A stretch of 64,000 nt of DNA from contig JBIKKQ010000001.1 of the NCBI GenBank assembly GCA_044360305.1, positions 6,760 to 70,759 of the forward strand. Reading direction: 5' to 3'. This DNA comes from Pirellulales bacterium. Lineage in GTDB: Bacteria > Planctomycetota > Planctomycetia > Pirellulales > UBA1268. Shown here one piece after another: positions 19,207-28,391 of the stretch. Numbering within the stretch: position 1 is the first letter of the stretch; the number at the start of each line of letters is the position of its first letter. Both the position numbers and the translations under genes were made by a program. The notes below the pieces were generated by a model. That model did no database searches. It was given only the letters and a program-made list of their open reading frames with translations, and was not told the origin of the DNA.

Positions 19207-19643
19207 ACACCGCTCTCGTGGACAACGCCCTCACCGTGGGCGCGATCCTGTTCGCCTTGGGGCTCGTCGGCATCCTCGCCCGGCGCAACCTGATCGTGAT
19301 GTTCCTCTCGGCGGAGCTCATGCTCCAGGGGATCTCGGTGAGCCTCGTCGCCTGGAGCCGGCAGCACGGTGACTTCGGCGGCCAGGTGCTCGTGATCCTC
19401 GTGCTCACCGTCGCCGCCTGCGAGGCGGCCGTCGCCCTGGTGTTCGTGCTCCAGGCCTTTGCCCGCACGGGGCGGCTCGACGCGGCGGCCTGGCAATCGC
19501 TCCGCGAGTCCGGCCGGCCGCGGATCGTGGACCGCGAACTGCCGGCCGTCGATGTCCAGCCGCCGACGTTCCCCCGGCTGACGCCGGCCGGCGTCCGGCC
19601 GGCGGCCGACGAGAACGAGACCCAGGAGCGCGAGCACGTCTGA
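19203..19643 (+). CDS. nuoK: NADH-quinone oxidoreductase subunit K (with ~45-aa C-terminal extension)
   Basis: GAILFALGLVGILARRNLIVMFLSAELMLQGISVSLVA...VLTVAACEAAVALVFVL. ATGA overlap with nuoJ. Confidence 0.88.
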   Translation: MNTALVDNALTVGAILFALGLVGILARRNLIVMFLSAELMLQGISVSLVAWSRQHGDFGGQVLVILVLTVAACEAAVALVFVLQAFARTGRLDAAAWQSLRESGRPRIVDRELPAVDVQPPTFPRLTPAGVRPAADENETQEREHV

Positions 19644-19680
19644 CCCGGCCCGTGCCGGCCACCGATCCCCGCGACCACCC

Positions 19681-21906
19681 ATGCCCACTTCGATTTCCGC
19701 CAACAACCTCCTCGTGCTCGTGCCGCTCCTGCCGCTCGTCGGCGCCGTGCTCACGGTCGCCCTCGGCCGGCTGCTCCGGGGCCGGGCCCATCTCCCCGCG
19801 CTGATCGGCATCGGCGGCTCGGCGGTGGCCGCCCTGCTCCTCCTCGGCTCCCTCGTGACCGACGTCCGCGGGGCGCGGAACGACGGGGTGCATGGACGAC
19901 CGGTCGAGTTCGTCACCACCCTCTGGCAGTGGGCGACGGTCGCCGACGGCTCGGTTGCGCCCGGCGGCGGCCCGGCGACCGACGCGACGGCGCCGATCGC
20001 CACCGACGAGGCGGCGCGGCAGGCCGGCGGCCGGTTCTCGATCCCGGTGGCCCTGCGGCTCGACCCGCTGACCGCGACGCTGCTGGTGATCATCACCGGC
20101 GTCGGCCTGCTGGTGGCGATCTACTCGATCGGCTACATGCACGACGATCCGGGCTACCCGCGGTTCTTCGCCCTCGTGGCGATGTTCGTGTTCTCGATGA
20201 CCATGCTCGTGGCGGCGAGCAACTTTCTGCTCGTCTACGTCTTCTGGGAGGCGGTGGGGGCCTGCAGCTACCTGCTGATCGGCTTCTGGTTCACGAAGCC
20301 CGAGGCGGCCAAGGCGGCCAAGAAGGCCTTCCTCGTCAACCGCGTCGGCGACTTCGGGCTCGCCGTCGCCACGTTCCTCCTCTGGATGACCTACGGCACG
20401 CTGAACTTCCATGACACGCTGGCCGGCGACGGCACGATCATCCCGGGCATCCTCGGCCAGACCCGGCTGGCGGACGCCGCCGGCTACGTCGGGGGAGCGG
20501 TGGGAACGGCGATCTGCCTGCTCCTGCTCCTCGCCGCCTGCGGCAAGAGCGCCCAACTGCCGCTCCACGTCTGGCTGCCGGACGCGATGGAGGGCCCCAC
20601 CCCGGCCAGCGCCCTGATCCACGCCGCCACGATGGTCACCGCCGGCGTGTACCTCGTCGCGCGGTGCGCACCCTTGTTCGTCGGCTGCCCGGACGCGCTT
20701 GCGGCGGTGTCGGTGGTCGGGGCGACGACGGCGCTGGTGGCGGCCCTGATCGGCACCGTGCAGAACGACCTCAAGCGGGTCCTCGCCTACTCCACGATCA
20801 GCCAACTGGGGTACATGTTCGTCGCCCTCGGCACCGGCACCCTGCTCGGGTTCACCGCCGCCATCTTCCATCTCGTGACCCACGCCTTCTTCAAGGCCCT
20901 GCTGTTCCTCGGCGCGGGTTCGGTGATGCACTCCATGGGGGGCGTCATCGACATGCGCCGGTTCGGCGGCCTGCGCCGGATCATGCCCGTGACGGCGGCG
21001 ACGTTCCTCGTCGGGGCGCTGGCGCTCGGCGGTGTCCCTCCGTTCGCCGGCTTCTTCAGCAAGGACGAGATCCTCGCCGCGGTCCATGCCCGCGGCTGGG
21101 CCGACCATCACCATGCCCACGAGGAGGCGGCGCCGGGCCGCGGCGACCATGCCGGCCGGCGGTTGCCGGTCCACGAGGCCGTGCTCCGGTCGCCGCAGTC
21201 GGACGCCGCCGGCGCCGGGCTCGACCAGCCACGGACGTGGCGACTGGTCTTCTGGATGTCGCTGGTCACCGCCGGCCTGACCGCCTTCTACACGTTCCGC
21301 GCCCTGTTCATGACGTTCACCGGGCCGACGCGGGTGCCGGAGGAGGCGGGCCACCACGCCCACGAGTCGCCGCCGGTGATGACGCTGCCGCTCGTCGTGC
21401 TCGCCGTGGCCTCGGCCGTGAGCGGCTGGTGGCTGTTTGCCACGCACGGCCTCGCGGACTTCCTCGCCTCCACCCCATCGTTCACGGCGCCGGCCATCGT
21501 GGCCAGCGCCGTGCCCCACGCCTTCCACCTCGACCTCGCCCTGCAGGGCACGCTGGCGGCGGCCCTCGGCATCGCGCTGGCCGCGATCGGCCATCTCGGC
21601 CGGCGCAGCGACGGACCGCAGATGGAAAGGTTCCTCGGCCCGCTCGGCACGCTGTTCGCCAACCGCTTCTACCTCGACGAACTCTACGCCGCCCTCATCG
21701 TGACGCCGCTGCGGCTCGTGGCCGGGCTGGCGGCCGCCTGCGACCGCGGGATCGTGGACGGGATCGTGGACGGGATCGCCCGCCTGCCGCTGGCCGTCGG
21801 TGCCGCCGTCCGCCACTTCCAGTCGGGCCTCGTGCAACGGTACGCCCTGGCCGGCGTCCTCGGAACGCTGCTCATGGTCCTCGGGCTGTGGTGGGGCATC
21901 CGCTGA
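19681..21906 (+). CDS. nuoL: NADH-quinone oxidoreductase subunit L
   Basis: FWEAVGACSYLLIGFWFTKPEAAKAAKKAFLVNRVGDFG...GKSAQLPLHVWLPDAMEGPTPASALIHAATMVTAGVY. Confidence 0.95.
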   Translation: MPTSISANNLLVLVPLLPLVGAVLTVALGRLLRGRAHLPALIGIGGSAVAALLLLGSLVTDVRGARNDGVHGRPVEFVTTLWQWATVADGSVAPGGGPATDATAPIATDEAARQAGGRFSIPVALRLDPLTATLLVIITGVGLLVAIYSIGYMHDDPGYPRFFALVAMFVFSMTMLVAASNFLLVYVFWEAVGACSYLLIGFWFTKPEAAKAAKKAFLVNRVGDFGLAVATFLLWMTYGTLNFHDTLAGDGTIIPGILGQTRLADAAGYVGGAVGTAICLLLLLAACGKSAQLPLHVWLPDAMEGPTPASALIHAATMVTAGVYLVARCAPLFVGCPDALAAVSVVGATTALVAALIGTVQNDLKRVLAYSTISQLGYMFVALGTGTLLGFTAAIFHLVTHAFFKALLFLGAGSVMHSMGGVIDMRRFGGLRRIMPVTAATFLVGALALGGVPPFAGFFSKDEILAAVHARGWADHHHAHEEAAPGRGDHAGRRLPVHEAVLRSPQSDAAGAGLDQPRTWRLVFWMSLVTAGLTAFYTFRALFMTFTGPTRVPEEAGHHAHESPPVMTLPLVVLAVASAVSGWWLFATHGLADFLASTPSFTAPAIVASAVPHAFHLDLALQGTLAAALGIALAAIGHLGRRSDGPQMERFLGPLGTLFANRFYLDELYAALIVTPLRLVAGLAAACDRGIVDGIVDGIARLPLAVGAAVRHFQSGLVQRYALAGVLGTLLMVLGLWWGIR

Positions 21907-21949
21907 CCCGTGACCCCCTCCATGGCGACAAGAAAGTGACCCGCCGCCG

Positions 21950-23698
21950 ATGAACGAATTCTCCCCCGGCCTGCACCTGCTGCTGGTCATCGCCGCGCCG
22001 CTCGTGGGCGCCCTGGCCGCCTGGCTGTTCGGCAGCCGGGGCATCGGCGCCGTCCGGCAGAGCGCCGCCGTGACGGCCGTGGTCACGCTCCTGCTCGCCG
22101 GCTGGCTGATCCTCCGCGCCCTCGGCGACCCGGGGTTCCTCGCCGGCCGCCCGTTCGCCACCGTCTCCCTGCCGTGGCTCGTCGAGTCCCCGTTCGACGT
22201 CCGGTTCTCCCTCGGGCTCGACGGCCTCTCGCTCTGGATGTTCGGCCTCGCCGCGCTCCTCTCCCTGACGGCGGTGCTCGTCAGCTGGGAGGCCGTCACG
22301 GACCGCGTCGTGGGCTTCTACGTGCTCCTCCTCGTGCTCGAGGCGGCGATGCTCGGCGTGTTCGCGGCCCGCGACGTGATCCTGTTCTACGTCTGCTTCG
22401 AGTTCACGCTCGTGCCGCTGTTCTTCCTGATCGGCATCTGGGGGCACGAGGAGCGGCGCCGGGCCGCGGTCAAGTTCTTCGTCTACACGCTGGCCGGGAG
22501 CGTGCTCACGTTCCTCGGCCTGTTGGCGATCGTCCTCTGGGCGGCCTCCCACACCGGCACCATCAGCTTCGACATCGCGTCGCTGACCGCGGTGCTGCGC
22601 CAGCATCCGCTGCCGATGACGGCCGCGTCCGGCTGGCTGCAGATGACGGTGTTCCTGGCGCTCCTGGCCGGGTTCGCCGTCAAGGTGCCGATCGTGCCGC
22701 TGCACACCTGGCTGCCGCTGGCCCACGTCGAGGCGCCGACCGGCGGGAGCGTCGATCTCGCCGGCGTGCTCCTCAAGATCGGGATCTACGGCTTCCTGCG
22801 ATTCTCGCTGCCGATGCTCCCCGAGGCGACGGCGGCGGCGGCCCCGTGGTTGTTCGGCCTCGGGGTGGTAGGCATCCTCTACGGCGGCCTCGTGGCCCTC
22901 GTGCAGACCGACCTCAAGCGGCTCATCGCCTACTCGTCGGTGAGCCACATGGGCTACATCGTGATGGGGCTGTTCGCGCTCACGCCGGTGGCCGTGGAGG
23001 GGGCCAACCTCCAACTCGTCAACCACGGCCTCTCGGCGGCCGGCCTGTTCGCACTCGTGGGCATGATCTACGAGCGGTTCCACACCCGGTCGATCGCCAA
23101 TCTCGGCGGCATCGCGTCGCGGGCGCCATGGCTCACGGTGCTGTTCATGCTGTTCACGTTCTCGAGCATCGGCCTGCCGGGCCTCAACGGGTTCGTCGGC
23201 GAGTTCATGATCCTCGCCGGTTCGTTCCAGCGGGCCTGGTCGGGCGTGGCACCGGCCTACGGGACGGCCTACCTCGTCATGGCCCTCGCGGCGGTGAGCG
23301 GCGTCGTGCTCGGCGCCTGGTACATGCTCTGGGCGGTGGAGCGGGTCTTCTTCGGCCCCTCCCGGGAACCGCCCCGGGCGGGCGGCCACGGACACGATGC
23401 CGGCGGCCACTCCCATGCCGACCAGGTCCATGCCGACCACGGCCACGGTCACCACGCGCATGGTCATGGTCACGCCGGTCATGGCCCGCAGGCGGCGGAC
23501 CGCTGCGACCTGCGCTGGTACGAGTTCGCCGCCCTGCTCCCGCTGGCGGTGTTCGTCGTCTGGATCGGCCTGACGCCGGCCACGTTCCTCGCCCCGGCGG
23601 CCCCGACGCTCAAGGCGGCCACGCAGGCCTCGGCCGCGGCGTTCGCCGCGCGGATGCAGGCCCCCACTCCCTCCGATCAGGTCGCCCGCGCCCAGTGA
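21950..23698 (+). CDS. nuoM: NADH-quinone oxidoreductase subunit M (with His-rich loop)
   Basis: FYVCFEFTLVPLFFLIGIWG...KVPIVPLHTWLPLAHVEAPTGGSVDLAGVLLKIGIYGFLRF...IAYSSVSHMGYIV. Confidence 0.95.
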   Translation: MNEFSPGLHLLLVIAAPLVGALAAWLFGSRGIGAVRQSAAVTAVVTLLLAGWLILRALGDPGFLAGRPFATVSLPWLVESPFDVRFSLGLDGLSLWMFGLAALLSLTAVLVSWEAVTDRVVGFYVLLLVLEAAMLGVFAARDVILFYVCFEFTLVPLFFLIGIWGHEERRRAAVKFFVYTLAGSVLTFLGLLAIVLWAASHTGTISFDIASLTAVLRQHPLPMTAASGWLQMTVFLALLAGFAVKVPIVPLHTWLPLAHVEAPTGGSVDLAGVLLKIGIYGFLRFSLPMLPEATAAAAPWLFGLGVVGILYGGLVALVQTDLKRLIAYSSVSHMGYIVMGLFALTPVAVEGANLQLVNHGLSAAGLFALVGMIYERFHTRSIANLGGIASRAPWLTVLFMLFTFSSIGLPGLNGFVGEFMILAGSFQRAWSGVAPAYGTAYLVMALAAVSGVVLGAWYMLWAVERVFFGPSREPPRAGGHGHDAGGHSHADQVHADHGHGHHAHGHGHAGHGPQAADRCDLRWYEFAALLPLAVFVVWIGLTPATFLAPAAPTLKAATQASAAAFAARMQAPTPSDQVARAQ

Positions 23699-23708
23699 AG
23701 GCCCCCGC

Positions 23709-25448
23709 ATGAACCCGACGTCCTCCCTATCGTTCCAACTGCTCGCCCCGGAGATCGCGCTGGTGGCGGCGGCGCTCGTGGCCTGGCTGGGGGCCGCGTT
23801 TCTCGGCCTGCGAGCCGGCTGGCTCGTCGCCCTGGCGGGGATCGGTGGGGCCGCGATCCTCGCCGGTGGCGGACCGGCCGCCGGCACGGTGGCCTCCGGC
23901 GGCGTCGTCATCGACCCGTTCTCCAGCTTCATCCGCTGGACGGTCCTGTCGCTCGGGGCGCTGGTGGTGCTCGTTCAGGCGGGCGACCTGTTCGCGTCAG
24001 CATCGAGCCGGGGGTCCGGCCTGCGCCGCGGCGGCACCTGCGAGGAGGCGGGCACGCTCCTCGTGATGCTCGCCGGACTGTCGCTCGTCGGCGTCGCCGG
24101 CGACCTCGTGCTCCTGTTCGCGGGGCTCGAGCTGGTGTCGATCCCGACGTACGTCCTCCTCGCCCTCAAGCGAACCGACGCCCGCGGGCAGGAGGCGGGG
24201 CTGAAGTATTTCTTTCTCTCGCTCGTCGCCTCGGCCTTCTTTCTCTACGCGCTCGTCTGCCTGTACGGCATCGGCGGCTCGACCAGCCTGGCCGCGATCG
24301 CCCAGCGGCTCCACGCCGCGGACAGCAGCGCCGCCGACGCCTTCAGGTCGCTGCTGCCGGCGGCGCTCGGCATGGCGCTGGTCGGCGCCGCCTTCCGCAT
24401 GGCCGCCGTTCCGATGCACTTCTACGCTCCCGACGTCTACGAGGGGACGAGCCCGGGCAACGCCGCGGTCCTGTCCACGCTCCCCAAGGTCGCGGGCCTG
24501 GTGATTCTCGCCCGGGTGCTGGCCCTCGGCATCACCCCCGACGCCGGGCAGCCGGCCGCGGCGCCGGCGGCAGTCGCCTGGCTCGACATCCTCTGGCAAT
24601 TGGTCGCCGTGCTGGCGGCGATCACGATGACGGTGGGCAACGTGATGGCGCTCTGGCAGCGGAACCTGCGCCGGCTCCTCGCCTGCTCCTCGATCGCCCA
24701 CGCCGGCTACCTGCTCGTTGGCGTGGCGGCGGCCGCCGCGGGCGCCGCGGCCCGGGCCGGGCAGCCGCTCGGCGACGTCGGCGGCCTCGATGCCGGCTGG
24801 GTCCTGCGGATCGGCGGCATGTCGGCCGCGCTGTTCTACCTGCTCACCTACGCTCTGGCCACGATCGGGATCTTCGGCGGGCTCGCCTACCTCGGCCATC
24901 GCTGGCCCGAATGGACCGCGACCAGCGGCCCGCGACCGCCGCGTGAGGAGATCGCGACCGTGGACGACCTCGACGGCCTCGCGACCACCAACCCCGTCGC
25001 CGCGTTCGCCATCGCCGTGTTCCTGATCTCGCTGGCGGGCATCCCGCCGCTGCCGGGCTTCTGGGGCAAGCTGTCGCTGGCGACGGCGAGCCTCGCCGTG
25101 GACTGGAACGCGCCGCTGGTCGCCGGCAGCCGCCGGGCGTGGTTCGTGGGACTGGCGCTGGTGCTGGTGCTCAACGCCGCGATCGCCGCCGCCTACTACC
25201 TGCGCGTCATCGGGGCGATGTATTTCAAGTCGTCGAAGCGGGGCGTGCAGGCCGACGGCGGCCTGGCCGCCGGCGTGGCGATGCTCGTCTGCCTGGTCGC
25301 GGTGGCCGGCGTCTCGGTCGCCCCCCGGGGGCTCGTCGCCTGGACCCACGCCGCCGGTGACGCCGTCTCCGGCGGCGACCTTCCGGCCACCGAGGCCCGG
25401 GCGGCGGCCCGCGGCCCGGCCGCCACCCCGCTGGCGGGTCTGCGATGA
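23709..25448 (+). CDS. nuoN: NADH-quinone oxidoreductase subunit N
   Basis: GLELVSIPTYVLLALKR...LKYFFLSLVASAFFLYA...AAVPMHFYAPDVYEGTSPGNAAVLSTLPKVAG...SSIAHAGYLL. Confidence 0.92.
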   Translation: MNPTSSLSFQLLAPEIALVAAALVAWLGAAFLGLRAGWLVALAGIGGAAILAGGGPAAGTVASGGVVIDPFSSFIRWTVLSLGALVVLVQAGDLFASASSRGSGLRRGGTCEEAGTLLVMLAGLSLVGVAGDLVLLFAGLELVSIPTYVLLALKRTDARGQEAGLKYFFLSLVASAFFLYALVCLYGIGGSTSLAAIAQRLHAADSSAADAFRSLLPAALGMALVGAAFRMAAVPMHFYAPDVYEGTSPGNAAVLSTLPKVAGLVILARVLALGITPDAGQPAAAPAAVAWLDILWQLVAVLAAITMTVGNVMALWQRNLRRLLACSSIAHAGYLLVGVAAAAAGAAARAGQPLGDVGGLDAGWVLRIGGMSAALFYLLTYALATIGIFGGLAYLGHRWPEWTATSGPRPPREEIATVDDLDGLATTNPVAAFAIAVFLISLAGIPPLPGFWGKLSLATASLAVDWNAPLVAGSRRAWFVGLALVLVLNAAIAAAYYLRVIGAMYFKSSKRGVQADGGLAAGVAMLVCLVAVAGVSVAPRGLVAWTHAAGDAVSGGDLPATEARAAARGPAATPLAGLR

Positions 25449-26533
25449 GCACGGCCCCGACCGAGACCGCCGTCCGCAGCCTGCTCGGCGAGATCGCCGA
25501 TCCCGAGTCCGGCCGACCGCTCACGGAGATGGGCCAGGTCGTGGCGGTCGCGGCCGCCCCGGCGGCGATCGCCGTCACGGTCGGCCTCACGACCCACTCC
25601 GCCATCCTCTGGAACGCGACCCGGGGCCGGATCGAGGAGCTGCTCCGCAGCCGGTTTCCCGGCGTGCCGCAGGTGACGGTCACCATCGTGCCGCACGACC
25701 GGCCGCCTCCGAAGCTCGGCCAGATCGGCCTCGAGGCGAAGAGCGTGATCGCCGTCGGCTCCGGCAAGGGGGGCGTGGGCAAGAGCACGATCGCCGCCTC
25801 GATCGCCATCGGGCTCGCCCGGGCGGGCAGCCGCACCGGCCTCCTCGACGCCGACGTCTACGGGCCGAGCGTGCCCCACCTGCTCGGCCTCTCCGGCCGT
25901 CCGCAGATCGAGGATGGAAAGATCCTGCCGCAGTGGCTCGACGTCGGCCGCAGCCGGATGCCGACGATGTCGATGGGATTCCTCGTGCCGGCCGGCGAGG
26001 CGGTGGTGTGGCGCGGGCCGATGCTCCACGGGGCGATCACGCAGATGCTCCGCGACACCCGCTGGGGGCCGCTCGACTATCTCGTCATCGACATGCCGCC
26101 GGGCACTGGGGACATCGCGCTGACGCTCTCGCAGGTGCTGCCGCTGACCGGTGCCGTCGTGGTCTGCACGCCGCAGGACGTGGCCCTGCTCGACGCCACC
26201 AAGGCGATCGCGATGTTCCGCAAGGTCAACATCCCGCTCCTCGGCATGGTGGAGAACATGAGCTTCTTCATCTGCCCCGACACGGGGAAGCGGTACGACA
26301 TCTTCGGCACGGGCGGGGCGAAGCGGACCGCGCAGGAGCTGGACATCCCGTTTCTCGGCGAGGTGCCGATCCAGATCCCGATCCGCGAGCATGGCGACGC
26401 CGGGCGGACGGCGGCCAACTACGACGATCCGGCCGCGGCCCCGTATTTCGAGGCGATCTGCGCGCGGCTGGTCGGCACTCTCGCCGCGGCCACGGCCGCC
26501 CGACCGCCGCTCCCGTCGCTGCCGGTGCTCTGA
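25445..26533 (+). CDS. apbC: Mrp/ApbC/NBP35-family P-loop ATPase with N-terminal DUF59-like domain
   Basis: ATGA overlap with the nuoN stop. Walker A VIAVGSGKGGVGKSTIAASIA, then LLDADVYGPSVP and DYLVIDMPPGTGD. The usual CxxC is CPDT here (ENMSFFICPDTGKRYDIFG, 26273-26284). Confidence 0.88.
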   Translation: MSTAPTETAVRSLLGEIADPESGRPLTEMGQVVAVAAAPAAIAVTVGLTTHSAILWNATRGRIEELLRSRFPGVPQVTVTIVPHDRPPPKLGQIGLEAKSVIAVGSGKGGVGKSTIAASIAIGLARAGSRTGLLDADVYGPSVPHLLGLSGRPQIEDGKILPQWLDVGRSRMPTMSMGFLVPAGEAVVWRGPMLHGAITQMLRDTRWGPLDYLVIDMPPGTGDIALTLSQVLPLTGAVVVCTPQDVALLDATKAIAMFRKVNIPLLGMVENMSFFICPDTGKRYDIFGTGGAKRTAQELDIPFLGEVPIQIPIREHGDAGRTAANYDDPAAAPYFEAICARLVGTLAAATAARPPLPSLPVL

Positions 26534-26539
26534 TACGCG
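26364..26539. repeat. Left copy of the island-flanking direct repeat (functional 3' end of the mrp/apbC gene)
   Basis: Hand alignment with 36424-36593: 11 substitutions counted in the last ~155 nt plus one 6-nt indel. Both copies end ...GTGCTCTGATACGCG, and similarity stops right after it. Confidence 0.85.
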
Positions 26540-26682
26540 GCGGAGTCCTGGCCCCAGCCGCGGTTCACTCGATGCTGCCCGCCCCCCCGGCCCCCCCGGC
26601 GCTCGCCGGCCGACGAAGGGCGTGGCCTGCCTTGGAAAATCTGATCCAGCGGTTACCAAGGGGCGACGCTAACTCCGTTATC

Positions 26683-27992
26683 GGCCCATCGGGGATTTTG
26701 TGGGTGGCTCCGTAGTGGAGAATGCGGCTTCCCCCCGGAGGCAAGACGCATGTTCGACACGGAGCTCTATCAGCAGGTTCTCTTCTTGACCGCTCCTTGG
26801 AAGGTGACGGACGTGAGGCTCGATGTCGAGTCAACAGAGATCCACGTCCACGTCGAGCATCCCGAGGGCTGCCGCTGGAGCTGCCCGCATTGTAGCCGAG
26901 AGTTGGCCTGCTACGACCATGCGCCCGAGCGGCGGTGGCGGCATCTCAACACCTGCCAGTTCCACACGCTCGTCCATGCGCGTGTCCCACGGGTCGAGTG
27001 CCCCGAGCACGGAGTGGTGCAGGTCAAGGTTCCGTGGGCGGAGCCCCACGGCCGCTTCACCCTGCTCATGGAGCGGTTTGTGATCGACGTCCTCCAGGCC
27101 TGCCAGACCGTGAAGGGAGCATGCACCCTCGTCGGCATCTCCTGGGATCAGGCCTGGCACGTCTTGGATCGCGCTGTTGCCCGTGGGCTGGCCCGCAAGG
27201 AGGCAGACACGATCGCGCGTATCGGCATCGACGAGAAGGCATTCCGCAAGGGCCATCGGTACCTGACCATCGTCAACGACGTTGACCGGGGGACCGTGGA
27301 GTTCGTTGAGGAAGGCCGGGAAAAGGCGAGTTTGGCGGCATTCTACGAGTCCCGCACTCCGGAGCAGCTCGCGGGCATCGAGGCAGTGGCGATGGATATG
27401 TGGGAGCCCTACGTTCAAGCCACCCTCGAAGCCGTTCCTCTGGCTTCCTCAAAGATCGTCTTCGACCGCTTCCATGTCATGCAGCACATGACCGAAGCCG
27501 TGGATGTGGTGCGCCGCCGCGAGAATCGGCTGCTGACAGCTGAGGACGACGATCGCCTCAAGGGCACGAAGTACCTGTGGATCTCCTCCAAGGAGAACGT
27601 CCATCCCAAACGCCAGGCGGAGTTCCGCTTCCTCCGAGGAAGTGATCTCAAGACAGCCCGAGCCTGGACCATCAAGGAGAATCTGCGGCACCTGTGGTCG
27701 TTCCGTGTCGAGGGTTGGGCTCGTCGGTTCTTCTCTCAATGGAGCGGCTGGGCGATGCGGAGCCGCCTCGAGCCGATCAAGGCCGTAGCCCGCATGATCG
27801 ACCGCCGCCTCGACAACATCATCACCCACTGCCGCCATCAACTGACCAACGCCGTCGCCGAGGGTCTCAACAGCAAGATCATGGCCATCAAGCGTCGGGC
27901 CGGGGGCTACCGCAACGTCGGACACTTCAAGACCGTGATCTACTTCTACTGCGGCGGATTACGGCTCTACCCATGAAGTTCCCGGATGGACC
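26683..27992 (+). mobile_element. ISL3-family insertion sequence (~1.3 kb)
   Basis: Contains the ISL3 transposase gene. Imperfect terminal inverted repeats: left GGCCCATCGGGGATTTTGTGGGTGGCTCCGT, reverse complement of right GGTCCATCCGGGAACTTCATGGGTAGAGCCGT (about 25/33 with one gap). The transposase stop lies inside the right repeat. No 8-bp target duplication was found (CCGTTATC vs CCCATACA). Confidence 0.6.
26750..27976 (+). CDS. ISL3 family transposase
   Basis: 408 aa. Zn-finger-like N-terminus: WSCPHCSRELACYDHAPERRWRHLNTCQFHTLVHARVPRVECPEHGV. DDE region: IGIDEKAFRKGHRYLTIVNDVDRGTVEFV...VAMDMWEPY...VFDRFHVMQHM...NAVAEGLNSKIMAIKRRAGGYRN. Confidence 0.92.
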   Translation: MFDTELYQQVLFLTAPWKVTDVRLDVESTEIHVHVEHPEGCRWSCPHCSRELACYDHAPERRWRHLNTCQFHTLVHARVPRVECPEHGVVQVKVPWAEPHGRFTLLMERFVIDVLQACQTVKGACTLVGISWDQAWHVLDRAVARGLARKEADTIARIGIDEKAFRKGHRYLTIVNDVDRGTVEFVEEGREKASLAAFYESRTPEQLAGIEAVAMDMWEPYVQATLEAVPLASSKIVFDRFHVMQHMTEAVDVVRRRENRLLTAEDDDRLKGTKYLWISSKENVHPKRQAEFRFLRGSDLKTARAWTIKENLRHLWSFRVEGWARRFFSQWSGWAMRSRLEPIKAVARMIDRRLDNIITHCRHQLTNAVAEGLNSKIMAIKRRAGGYRNVGHFKTVIYFYCGGLRLYP

Positions 27993-28349
27993 CCCATACA
28001 AGACGACGTCCATCAGATGAGCCTTGTACATCAGATACCCCGTGCCGGCGTTCGCTGCCAGATCGACACCGAGGTTCACGATCGTTCCAGCTGCCGGCAC
28101 ACGTGCCGCCGAGTCGACGGCGATGTCAATCACCTGAATAGTTGCCAGAGCGAAATCGTATGGCCCACCGAGTGGCCTACGATCGCCGAGGGCGGGATTG
28201 ACAACAAGACCCCACACACCACGTTCCCCCGGCGGGGCGATCTCGTCCACGTGCCGAGCAGGGCTGCTGCCGGCCGGCTGTGGCACGAACCAGGATTTCC
28301 AACGCAGGCCACGGCGAAGGTGCCACGCACGGCCCCTGAACGCCTGCAT
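27993..28349 (-). pseudogene. Possible ORF fragment truncated by the IS right end
   Basis: The minus-strand ORF 27927..28349 reads ...PLGGPYDFALATIQVIDIAVDSAARVPAAGTIVNLGVDLAANAGTGYLMYKAHLMDVVLYG, then runs straight into the IS inverted repeat. No family recognised. Confidence 0.25.
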
Positions 28350-28351
28350 CT

Positions 28352-28384
28352 TGCCCAGATTTGGTGGCTGTCACCTTTATCCTC
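28352..28384. repeat. Conserved 33-nt element, copy A (8 nt downstream of the LRR paralog 1 stop)
   Basis: TGCCCAGATTTGGTGGCTGTCACCTTTATCCTC, versus copy B at 29382-29414 (2 mismatches). Confidence 0.8.
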
Positions 28385-28391
28385 TGAAATG

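Noticed and set aside
14860-23932. Long minus-strand ORFs 14860..17994 (1044 aa), 19405..22299 (964 aa) and 21872..23932 (686 aa)
   Set aside because: All are antisense to the conserved nuoG-nuoN genes and have Arg/Gly/Pro/Asp-dominated non-protein-like composition.
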